From a bacterium (GTDB lineage: Bacteria > SAR324 > NAC60-12): 64,000 nucleotides of DNA. The DNA lies in NCBI GenBank assembly GCA_965209155.1, contig OZ242383.1, forward strand, positions 480,001 to 544,000, read 5' to 3'. Shown piece after piece: positions 1 to 7,427 of the stretch; position 1 is the stretch's first letter, and each line of letters begins with the position of its first letter. The notes below the pieces were generated by a model. It ran no database searches and was not told where the DNA came from. It was given only the letters and a program-made list of their open reading frames with translations. A program made the translations under genes and the position numbers.

Positions 1-1445
1 TGGCGGAAAGCTGGTCGCAGCCCGACCCACTGACGTATATCGTCAAAGTTCGCCAGGGTGTTCACTGGCATGATAAGCCGCCGATGAACGGTCGGGAGCT
101 GACTGCCGATGATCTCGTATATAACTATCACCGTTTTACGGGTACGGGCAGCGGCTTCACCGAACCTGGCGAACTTACCCCTGACTTCAAAGGTGTGCCA
201 TTTGAATCGATCACGGCCACCGACAAATGGACAGTTGTTTTTAAGCTCAAGCAGATAAACCTCGGTGTACTGGCTATTATCCTCGATAGCCCCTGGGCCT
301 TCATACACCCCCCCGAGGTAATCAAGAAACACGGGGGCATTACGGACTGGAGGAACCTGGTCGGCACCGGACCTTTGATGCTGAAGGACTGGACCAAGGG
401 CAGCTCGATCACCTGGGACAAGAATCCTGACTACTGGGGCACCGACGAAAAATACCCCGAGAACCGCCTGCCCTATATTGACCGCTTAAGGGCCCTGATT
501 ATGCCCGAAGTGGCAACACGTCTGGCGGCACTACGCACGGGTAGGGTTGATTACATAGGTCCGATCGGCGCGACTACCATGAGGACTCTCGACCAGGTAG
601 AGAGCCTCCAGCGGACCAACCCCGGACTCGTGATATGGCCGGTTCCCCCCGGTCGGTCGGATAATGGTTTTGGTGTAAACGTTCAGATGAAGCCCTTTGA
701 CGACATCCGGGTGCGCAAGGCCATGCAGATGGCACTAAACCTCGAGGAAATCAACAACGCATACTATAAGGGTTATGCAGATATAACACCGCAGGGACAG
801 CTAAACCGTTCTTTTACAGATGTTGTCACCCCATTCGAAGAATGGCCCGAAGAGGTCAAGAAGGTCTTTGACTACGACCCGGAAGGTGCCGAAGCGTTGC
901 TGGATGAGGCCGGGTACAAGCGCGGCGCAGACGGCATTCGATTCAAGTCCGTGCTGATGCACATCGAGCGGTACGATTTGAACTATGTCCAATTAGCCCT
1001 TTCATACTGGAAAAAGATTGGCATTGATGTGGAGATTGATGTACAGCCAGTAGCTCCCTTTGTCGCTAGAAGAGCTGAGAAGGATTTCGAAATGCAGAAT
1101 GCGGAAGCGGCTGGGTTTTGGCCTCCATTGGGATCGCAAAGGCGCTTTACGCCGACCGCACTATGGAACAGCTCCAATGTCAACGACCCGGTTTATACAG
1201 CCATGCAGGAAGCCCTAGAAGCCGCTACTACCCTCGAGGAGGCGTTCAAGATAGTCGGAGAGATGCAGCAGTATGCGATAGAGAAGTTCTGGCAGATATG
1301 GGGTCCTATGCCCCCATATTATTTGGCGGTCCAGCCGTGGATCAAAGGTTTTAACGGTGAAACGAGGTTGGGGGGCTCCGGTCAAGATTTACGCATCTTC
1401 ACCCGCCTCTGGATTGATCAGGAGCTGAAGGACAAGACCTATTAA
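1..1445 (+). CDS. ABC transporter substrate-binding protein, family 5 (DppA/OppA-like); 5' end lies outside the window
   Basis: LAESW..PDPLTY, MNGRELTA.D, VGTGP, KNPDYWG and PFDDIRVRKAMQMALN motifs; paralogous to the SBPs at 7428 and 13995. Confidence 0.93.
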   Translation, partial: AESWSQPDPLTYIVKVRQGVHWHDKPPMNGRELTADDLVYNYHRFTGTGSGFTEPGELTPDFKGVPFESITATDKWTVVFKLKQINLGVLAIILDSPWAFIHPPEVIKKHGGITDWRNLVGTGPLMLKDWTKGSSITWDKNPDYWGTDEKYPENRLPYIDRLRALIMPEVATRLAALRTGRVDYIGPIGATTMRTLDQVESLQRTNPGLVIWPVPPGRSDNGFGVNVQMKPFDDIRVRKAMQMALNLEEINNAYYKGYADITPQGQLNRSFTDVVTPFEEWPEEVKKVFDYDPEGAEALLDEAGYKRGADGIRFKSVLMHIERYDLNYVQLALSYWKKIGIDVEIDVQPVAPFVARRAEKDFEMQNAEAAGFWPPLGSQRRFTPTALWNSSNVNDPVYTAMQEALEAATTLEEAFKIVGEMQQYAIEKFWQIWGPMPPYYLAVQPWIKGFNGETRLGGSGQDLRIFTRLWIDQELKDKTY

Positions 1446-1545
1446 CAGGCCGATTGAAAGCACTTGTGGAGGGGCCGTTCTGCCCCGTCCACTCCAGGAA
1501 TCCCCGCGTTTTCCTACCAATTTCTAAAATGATGAGGTCCGTCCC

Positions 1546-2499
1546 ATGAGAGCCTATCTCATCAGGCGATTATTACTGATCTTCCCCACCCTGTTTATCT
1601 TGAGTATCCTGGTCTTCCTCTCGGTGCGCTTCCTGCCAGGCGATGTCATCGACATGATGGTCAGTCGTATGAACTTTGGTGGCGTAGTCGACCGGGAACT
1701 TATAGAACGCAGGCTCGGCCTGGACCTGCCGACCCACGTGCAGTATGGACGTTGGATGGGAGGCATTCTCCTGCACGGCCGCCTTGGTCAGTCCCTGCTG
1801 ACCAGAGAATCGGTAGAGCAGGCGATCTTAGAGAGACTACCGGTCACCCTTGAGCTCGGTTTGATGGCAATCCTCATCGGGCTTCTGATCGCGCTGCCCG
1901 TTGGCATCTACTCGGCGATTCGCCAGGATAGCGCCGCCGATTACCTGGGGCGCTCCCTCGCCATCATCGGCCTGGCCACGCCGAACTTCTGGCTCGGCAT
2001 CATGGTCATGATCTACCCGGCCATCTGGTGGGGTTGGGCGCCGCCGCTGGAATTGGTTCCTTTCACAGAAGACCCGCTGGGGAATCTGGCGGTGTTCCTC
2101 ATTCCCAGCCTGATTCTGGGAACAGCCTCGGCGGCCGCAACCATGCGGATGATGCGCACCATGATGCTGGAGGTCTTAAGGCAGGACTATATCCGCACCG
2201 CCTGGTCCAAGGGGCTCCGGGAACGGGTCGTGGTGATCCGGCACACCATCAAGAATGCCCTCATACCGGTTATCACCCTGATCGGCCTGCAGTTGCCGAT
2301 CCTGGTAGGGGGCGCGGTGATCATGGAGAACATCTTCAACCTGCCGGGGCTCGGCCGTCTCCTGGTGAATGCCCTCAATGAGAGAGACTACCCGATGGTC
2401 TCCGGAGTCAACCTCTTTTTCGCCACCGGGGTGGTGCTGCTCAATCTCCTCATCGACCTGATTTATCCCTATTTGGACCCGAGAGTGCGGTATGAATGA
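1546..2499 (+). CDS. Peptide/nickel ABC permease (DppB/OppB-like)
   Basis: MRAYLIRRLL N-terminus, QDYIRTAWSKGL EAA-loop motif, LDPR C-terminus. Confidence 0.95.
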   Translation: MRAYLIRRLLLIFPTLFILSILVFLSVRFLPGDVIDMMVSRMNFGGVVDRELIERRLGLDLPTHVQYGRWMGGILLHGRLGQSLLTRESVEQAILERLPVTLELGLMAILIGLLIALPVGIYSAIRQDSAADYLGRSLAIIGLATPNFWLGIMVMIYPAIWWGWAPPLELVPFTEDPLGNLAVFLIPSLILGTASAAATMRMMRTMMLEVLRQDYIRTAWSKGLRERVVVIRHTIKNALIPVITLIGLQLPILVGGAVIMENIFNLPGLGRLLVNALNERDYPMVSGVNLFFATGVVLLNLLIDLIYPYLDPRVRYE

Positions 2500-2537
2500 G
2501 GGGATTAGACTGAAGCGGCCCTCAGCCCTGGGAATAG

Positions 2538-2616
2538 GGTCAAGTGTTGATTTGTGACATAATTTTTCTCAAAAGGCAATGACTGCTGAATTAAAGTCAC
2601 GAGTCAAGACTTGACC
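2538..2616. repeat. Small inverted-repeat element (MITE/REP-like)
   Basis: GGTCAAGTGTTGATTTGTGAC ... GTCACGAGTCAAGACTTGACC: 21-bp arms, 3 mismatches. Confidence 0.65.
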
Positions 2617-2631
2617 AACGGCTGGTTGGAC
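2615..2631 (-). other. Possible truncated attC (left half only)
   Basis: Minus strand GTCCAAC-CAGCC-GTTG (RYYYAAC plus 5-nt spacer) downstream of vapC, cut off by the 2538-2616 element. Confidence 0.4.
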
Positions 2632-2715
2632 AGACTCGCGGGTTCGAAGCGACGAGGAGGATTCTGCCTTCTCATTCTTTATGGGATTCAGGAACCCCTT
2701 GGGGCTGAAATTGTC

Positions 2716-3113
2716 TCAGGAAACCGACCAATCCTCTAATACAAGACCTGGGACATGTCCGAAGTCACGCTGATTTCTTGTTACCACAATCAGGTGATGG
2801 ACAAGGGCAGTAGACGCTATCTGGAGATCTTGACTACCGATTCGAATTTCTCGCTTTCGCAATTCTTGGAATTGTTGCTCGCAAGCTAGATCAAAGGGAA
2901 TGGTCGGAATTGTGCTGAAGAATAGCACGGTTTCCATCAGCTTCCGGTAGGCATGAACTCTGCGTTCGCCCTCTGAGCGTCGTGCCAGCACGGCTAAACG
3001 TCCTCGCAACATCTCTTCAACGGTAATAACGCTGACCGCCAGCGAATCTGTAGGGTGGGATGTCCTCTCTCCAGTTGGCTGAGATGATCTGTGTCAAAAA
3101 TCCGTTCAACCAT
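2716..3113 (-). pseudogene. vapC: PIN-domain VapC toxin, frameshifted
   Basis: ATG at 3113 overlaps the antitoxin stop (TAATG). MVERIFDTDHLSQLERGHP is out of frame with DSLAVSVITVEEMLRGR...DLQIASTAL...VTRNQRDF; 398 bp is not a multiple of 3. Confidence 0.85.
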
Positions 3114-3400
3114 TATGACACATTCTCTCTTCGTTCGCGGTTGATTTCCTTGATGAAATCGTCGAAATCCGGGTCATCCGCCGATCGTCCGAAGGCCTTG
3201 AGCCATGGATGAGAGGATTCGAATCCTGGGATATCGATCTGAACGACCTTAGCCGAAGTGAGCCATTCTGCTAAAGCCTGTGAGACTTTTTTCAACGCAT
3301 CCGCTTCCGTATTGGCCACCCTTCGTAGTTCAGGTATTCCCATCGGTACCGCTTCATAGTGATTGTTGGCCTTCGTCTCCAGGATGATAGGATACTGCAT
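3113..3400 (-). CDS. Putative antitoxin (HicB/UPF0150-like N-terminus) partnered with vapC
   Basis: Small acidic protein MQYPIILE...YEAVPMGIPEL...TEADAL, translationally coupled to the PIN gene. Confidence 0.7.
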   Translation of the reverse strand: MQYPIILETKANNHYEAVPMGIPELRRVANTEADALKKVSQALAEWLTSAKVVQIDIPGFESSHPWLKAFGRSADDPDFDDFIKEINRERRENVS

Positions 3401-3498
3401 TGTCGCTTCTCCGTCGTAGTATTTTCGATCAGATGATCACCATTATGCTTCAATCGTGCGATGAGTTGCAAGTTTGCGTTCTTCTCTGTTTCTTCCAC

Positions 3499-3540
3499 GG
3501 CTAACTTTTATTGGAGGCAAAAATTCGTAGATATCCGGTT
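3499..3540 (-). other. attI-like site or cassette start (GTTAGCC core)
   Basis: Minus strand GGATATCTACGAATTTTTGCCTCCAATAAAA-GTTAGCC about 100 bp upstream of the TA pair, with no attC-type stem before it. Confidence 0.4.
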
Positions 3541-3736
3541 TATCGTTGTCGTTGCTTGCCTCTTGCGATACCTCTGGGGGTACTTCCAACCATCCCAGCG
3601 TATAGGCCAGCAGCGAGAACTACATCCTTAGGTGCTGGGTTGCGTAATCAGTCTATAGATCTACACACGATCTTAGACTAGTTTGCCTCAACTTGACCGA
3701 CGTTGCAAGGAATTGGTGAATCTCTGCTTCTCCGGC

Positions 3737-3857
3737 AGTTAACGTGACGCTCAGTTGCCGCTGGCTCTGAGTTAATAAGAGGGAATAAACAAAATTTCAA
3801 CTGCAAATTGAATGTCCAAGCAGCAGGGTAGCGGTCAACTGGAGCAGCGTGTTGGGA
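3737..3857 (-). other. Integron attC site (121 bp)
   Basis: Minus strand TCCCAAC-ACGCT-GCTC[C]AGTTG[A]CCGCT ... AGCGGCAACTGAGC-GTCAC-GTTAACT: perfect stem apart from two extrahelical bases (G and T on the bottom strand). Confidence 0.88.
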
Positions 3858-3888
3858 AATGATAGTTGTATTCTGGTTGAAGTGAAAG

Positions 3889-4128
3889 TCATGCGACTTT
3901 GGGAAATTTTGCAACTTTCACAAGTTGCTCTGCTGCTAGTTCCGGTTTTTTTCTAAATTCATCAAGTTGTTTTGCAACTTCAGCATCGAATAGAGTTTCA
4001 TGACATGAACTGCATTTTGTTACAGGAATATCCTTCATAAGAATATAATCGTTTCTACCAAATACTTTAACTGCTTGAGTTGTTTTGTCTAAATAAGCCG
4101 TTTCTTTATTGCAATTTGGACAAATCAT
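3889..4128 (-). CDS. YgiT/MqsA-type zinc-finger protein (antitoxin-like)
   Basis: CPNC...CSSC zinc ribbon; DIPVTKCSSCHETLFD pattern. Confidence 0.85.
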   Translation of the reverse strand: MICPNCNKETAYLDKTTQAVKVFGRNDYILMKDIPVTKCSSCHETLFDAEVAKQLDEFRKKPELAAEQLVKVAKFPKVA

Positions 4129-4129
4129 A

Positions 4130-4411
4130 TCAAACCTCCCAAAAGACTGTTATGATGATGACCTTCTTTTTTTCTTTCACCACTACACCAATTTGCTTGT
4201 TTTTCTGAGTCGAATTTCCAATGATAACATATTTCCACTCTCCTGTTGATATCTCTATTTGACGTTCTGTAATTCTTCCACTTAAGATGCCTCGCTCGAT
4301 ATCTTCTACAAAGAAATCATCGTCGTTAAGCTCGTTGATTGCGTGTTGCGTCAATTGATACATTTCTTTGTTTATTTTTTGTTGAATTCTTTTCAAAGCT
4401 GCTGAAAACAT
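4130..4411 (-). CDS. DUF4258 family protein (RelE/MqsR-like toxin)
   Basis: YQLTQHAINEL...DIERGILSG...KYVIIG...VIIITVF; typical partner of YgiT zinc fingers. Confidence 0.85.
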   Translation of the reverse strand: MFSAALKRIQQKINKEMYQLTQHAINELNDDDFFVEDIERGILSGRITERQIEISTGEWKYVIIGNSTQKNKQIGVVVKEKKKVIIITVFWEV

Positions 4412-4474
4412 TATTATTCTTTGTAAGGTTCATTCTTCTGACAATAAGTAGAGTATGGTATCTATTTTTTACCT

Positions 4475-4505
4475 TCCCAACAAGAAGATGCGCAGTTCTG
4501 GATAT
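4475..4505 (-). other. Probable attI site at the start of the first cassette
   Basis: Minus strand TATCCAGAACTGCGCATCTTCTT-GTTGGGA; GTTGGGA is the exact complement of the cassette's own attC R'' (TCCCAAC); lies 125 bp upstream of the divergent intI start. Confidence 0.65.
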
Positions 4506-4605
4506 CATTCATGGTATTGATAACTGGAAATTGGTTTCTGTATCAAGTTATAAATTTTCTAACTGGATAACATTACAATCTGAATGATATAAATCGGAAG
4601 ATATC

Positions 4606-5035
4606 ATGATCACTGTACCGGAAGCGCTTCAAAAAAAGTATGCCTGAAACTGCGCATCGGCCATTTCAATTTTGATCATCAGATTTTGACCATCCATGAT
4701 GGCAAAGGGCAAAAGGATCGGACTGTTGTGCTGCCTGAGGCGATTGCGCCTGAAATGAAAGGGCAGCTCGAAAAAGTGATCAGGCTGCATCAGGTAGATT
4801 TGGATCGAGGGTATGCCGGGGTTTTTATGCCCGGGATACTTGAGAAAAAATAGAAAAATGCGGGAAAGGAATTGACCTGGCAATGGTTTTTTCCGGCAAA
4901 GGAATGGCTCTATGTGGCCGGCACCCAGGAATACCGGCGCTACCATCTCCATGAAACGCATGTGCAGAAAGCGATCAAGCGGGCGGTGCGAACCTCAAAA
5001 ATCCTCAAGCGCGCCTCGGCCCATACCTTCCGGCA
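4606..5035 (+). pseudogene. intI: Integron integrase pseudogene
   Basis: Frame from 4641 reads CLKLRIGHFNFDHQILTIHDGKGQKDRTVVLP...LHQVDLDRGYAGVFMPGILEKK*KNAGKELTWQWFFPA...[18 protein letters not shown]...ASAHTFR, including the IntI-specific insertion. TAG at 4851; out-of-frame N-terminus MITVPEALQKKY at 4606; truncated after HTFR. Confidence 0.92.
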
Positions 5036-5269
5036 ATGGTTGGATTGAATAGCCCCACAGGTGATCAGGGTATCCGCGCCTTTTTCGATCGCATCCCCGA
5101 CTACAAATTCCAGTTTTCGGGTTTTGTTCCCACCTTCGGTGCCAGGGAGTAAATCGTCCTGTTTGATGTAAATATTCGAGCCTCCCAAGGCTTTTGAAAA
5201 ATGCGGGAGGGCGTGGAGGGGAGTGGGGGCTTCAAGGTACTTTCTTCGTGGAAAACGAGCTGAATCCAT
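5031..5269 (-). pseudogene. dcyD: D-cysteine desulfhydrase / ACC deaminase family, N-terminal fragment
   Basis: PTPL...IYIKQDDL...[10 protein letters not shown]...[17 protein letters not shown], after which homology stops. Confidence 0.85.
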
Positions 5270-5537
5270 AATTTTTTATCTGGGGAGAAATCTCCTGCGC
5301 TTGCTGTGAGCGGGTGGAGGTGATAAGGTTAAGCAGGGTGAGCCATTTCCCACCAAAAGTGAGGGGCGCGCAGCCTGACCCATCCTATCATCCGACTCTC
5401 TATCAGGAAAACACGATGTCAGAAAACACCATCAAGTCCCCACGCTTATCTATTCCAATCCGCATATTCCGGATAGAACCCAAGCCATTCTCAGTCCTAA
5501 GGACGATTCTATCATTCTCCAACTCCAACAATCAACT

Positions 5538-5684
5538 CAAATCTTGAAGCAAGGCGGAGCTGCCTTTGTGGTGATCCCCTGCAACAACGCGCACTACTGG
5601 ATTCCACAGATCCGCGAAGCGGTTGATAATCCGATCATGGACATGATATACGAGTCCGTTCAATGCTCTTGTTGGGCAATCTGA
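5538..5684 (+). pseudogene. Aspartate/glutamate racemase internal fragment
   Basis: Hand translation QILKQGGAAFVVIPCNNAHYWIPQIREAVDNPIMDMI (PCNxAH catalytic motif). Confidence 0.75.
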
Positions 5685-5709
5685 TTTATATTTATATTGT
5701 TTAAAAAAC

Positions 5710-5754
5710 TTGATTAATTGTTTTTTTATTGTACATTTAACTGTACTTAATCAA
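5710..5754 (+). promoter_or_regulatory. yefM-yoeB promoter/operator
   Basis: TTGATT-16 nt-TACATT; TGTACA (5730) and TGTACT (5742) 12 bp apart, as in the known YefM operator; flanked by the inverted repeat TTGATTAA/TTAATCAA. Confidence 0.7.
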
Positions 5755-5765
5755 AGGGAGGTCAA

Positions 5766-6017
5766 ATGGAAGCAATTTCATATACCAAAGCTCGTCAGAA
5801 TTTTGCCAAAACGATGAAACAAGTTTGTGATGACCATATTCCTATCATCATTACTCGAAAAAATGAACGCCCGGTTGTCATGCTGTCCTTGGAAGATTAT
5901 CAAGCCATGGAAGAAACAACTTATTTACTGCGTAGTCCAAAAAATGCCAAACGGTTACTTGAATCTATTGCAGACCTGGAAAGCGGTGGTGGAACCATAA
6001 GAGAATTAATCCAATGA
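5766..6017 (+). CDS. yefM: YefM/Phd antitoxin
   Basis: SYTKARQNFA..MKQVCDDH.PIIITR...EETTYLLRSPKNAKRLLESI. Confidence 0.95.
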   Translation: MEAISYTKARQNFAKTMKQVCDDHIPIIITRKNERPVVMLSLEDYQAMEETTYLLRSPKNAKRLLESIADLESGGGTIRELIQ

Positions 6018-6268
6018 ATCTTGTCTTCTCTGAACGTGCCTGGGAAGATTATTTATATTGGCAACGAATTGATAAAAAAATATTAAAACGTATCAATACC
6101 TTGATTCAAGACATTCAACGCCATCCTTTTAAAGGAATTGGAAAACCGGAACCTCTTAAACATGGCTTATCAGGATATTGCTCTAGACGTATCAATGATG
6201 AACATCGGATCGTGTACAAAGTTGAGAAGAGTGATATAAGAATTGCTCAACTCAGATACCATTATTGA
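6014..6268 (+). CDS. yoeB: YoeB/Txe mRNA interferase toxin
   Basis: AWEDYLYWQ...GIGKPEPLKH.LSG..SRRINDEHRIVY...QLRYHY; ATGA overlap with yefM. Confidence 0.95.
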   Translation: MNLVFSERAWEDYLYWQRIDKKILKRINTLIQDIQRHPFKGIGKPEPLKHGLSGYCSRRINDEHRIVYKVEKSDIRIAQLRYHY

Positions 6269-6632
6269 TCCTGGTTTACATCCCATCCTGTGTACAATCG
6301 TCTAGTTCAGGCCCGTCTTGTATTTCCGGCAATGATCTTTTGAAAATGATTCCCATCAATCGCTCCTGAGCAAGCTCAAGCAACTTTTTGCAAAAACTGT
6401 TTATTTTGAGTGCGTATCACTTATAGCGCTACAGGAAAACGCAAACGAGGCCTCCTCTCCCGGTTGCTCAACCCCTTCTCTCAGCAGTGACGGTCGCATA
6501 GGAGCACAGGATGAGTTTTGGTATTGACAATGCAGGGGGCAAGTATATGTTACACGGATCATGGCTCCCATTCCGGAGCGACTGAGTCAGTTTATGATGA
6601 CCGATTGAGGGACTTGGAGGAGGTAAAACGCA

Positions 6633-6698
6633 ATGGGTGACAGACTTGAATGAAAAGTTGCAATCATAACCGGTGGGACGAGCGGTATCGGTTCGACT
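6633..6698 (+). pseudogene. Short-chain dehydrogenase N-terminal remnant
   Basis: GGAGGAGG RBS, then MGDRLE*KVAIITGGTSGIGS (TGxxxGIG motif). Confidence 0.7.
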
Positions 6699-7021
6699 GT
6701 CTCTTCAATAATACCAGAGGCGTTACGGCTTTTGGTCCAGTTATGGAAAAGTGCTGAAAATGTTGACTTCTGGATCTCAATATGAAAAAAATATTTTCGT
6801 TGATCACCAGAAGACACTCATGAATGAGTCGCCCTGTTCAAAAAAAGCTTGATCATTATTTGCAGAGCGATTATTTAATATTTTATTCTAGGGATGGAAG
6901 GGCAATATAGCGATTCTTCTCTTTACTGCTCGGCGAACCGTCAGGATGACATGAAAGTCTGAAATTAACCCGTTTCAAGTATAATAACATCTTGAACAAA
7001 AAGGTTAAAATGACAGCACAA

Positions 7022-7120
7022 TCCCAACACCCAATTCCTAAGCTCAAAGCTCCTAGTTCCAGTTCTAATTTCCAAGTTTCTAGTTCCAAGCACCCAGTTC
7101 CCAGTTTACAGGTTCATAGG
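7022..7120 (+). repeat. Degenerate 7-bp tandem repeat
   Basis: CACCCAA TTCCTAA ... TTCCAAG TTTCTAG TTCCAAG CACCCAG TTCCCAG TTTACAG. Confidence 0.75.
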
Positions 7121-7340
7121 GTTCTACCCCGTTGTGTCATCTCGACCTCAGGGAGAGATCCTTGAAGTTGTACCTCAGTTCATTTCAGCACATGGAAATT
7201 CCTCCAGTGCATGGAAAGGTCATGGTTCATGGCCCCTCCTGGAGCCAATGAATCGGTTTTTGATAGGGTAATATTCATGGTGAATATTGCTTTTTTAACT
7301 TTTTATATCAGAGGTCAAAATGAAAGTAATAATCAGAAGC

Positions 7341-7391
7341 ATCGTCGAGAACGGGCTTTCGGGAACGAAAGCAGGTGTTAAAGCAACCCGT
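7341..7391 (+). promoter_or_regulatory. Conserved leader hairpin motif, copy A (candidate cis-regulatory RNA)
   Basis: ATCGTCGAGAACGGGCTTTCG-GGAA-CGAAAGCAGGTGTTAAAGCAACCCGT; near-identical to the copies at 13803 and 13914. Confidence 0.55.
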
Positions 7392-7427
7392 AATCTTGTT
7401 TTTAATCAAAAAAAAGAAAGGAAAAAG

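Larger units (their letters stand above)
6714..7427 (+). repeat. Upstream leader module of ABC operon 2 (diverged duplicate of 13080-13994)
   Basis: Shared blocks such as ATGGAAAAGTG...GTTGACTTC...TTTTCGTTGATCA, TCAGGATGACATGAAAGTCTGAAATTAACCCGTTTCAAGTATAA and TCATCTCGAC.TCAGGGAGAGATCCTTGA. Confidence 0.9.

Noticed and set aside
4629..4961. 110-aa minus-strand ORF
   Set aside because: Antisense shadow of the intI pseudogene
4851..6653. Stop-codon recoding (TAG in intI, TGA for Gly in the SDR remnant)
   Set aside because: Both genes are also truncated, and all three stop codons end normal genes in this window
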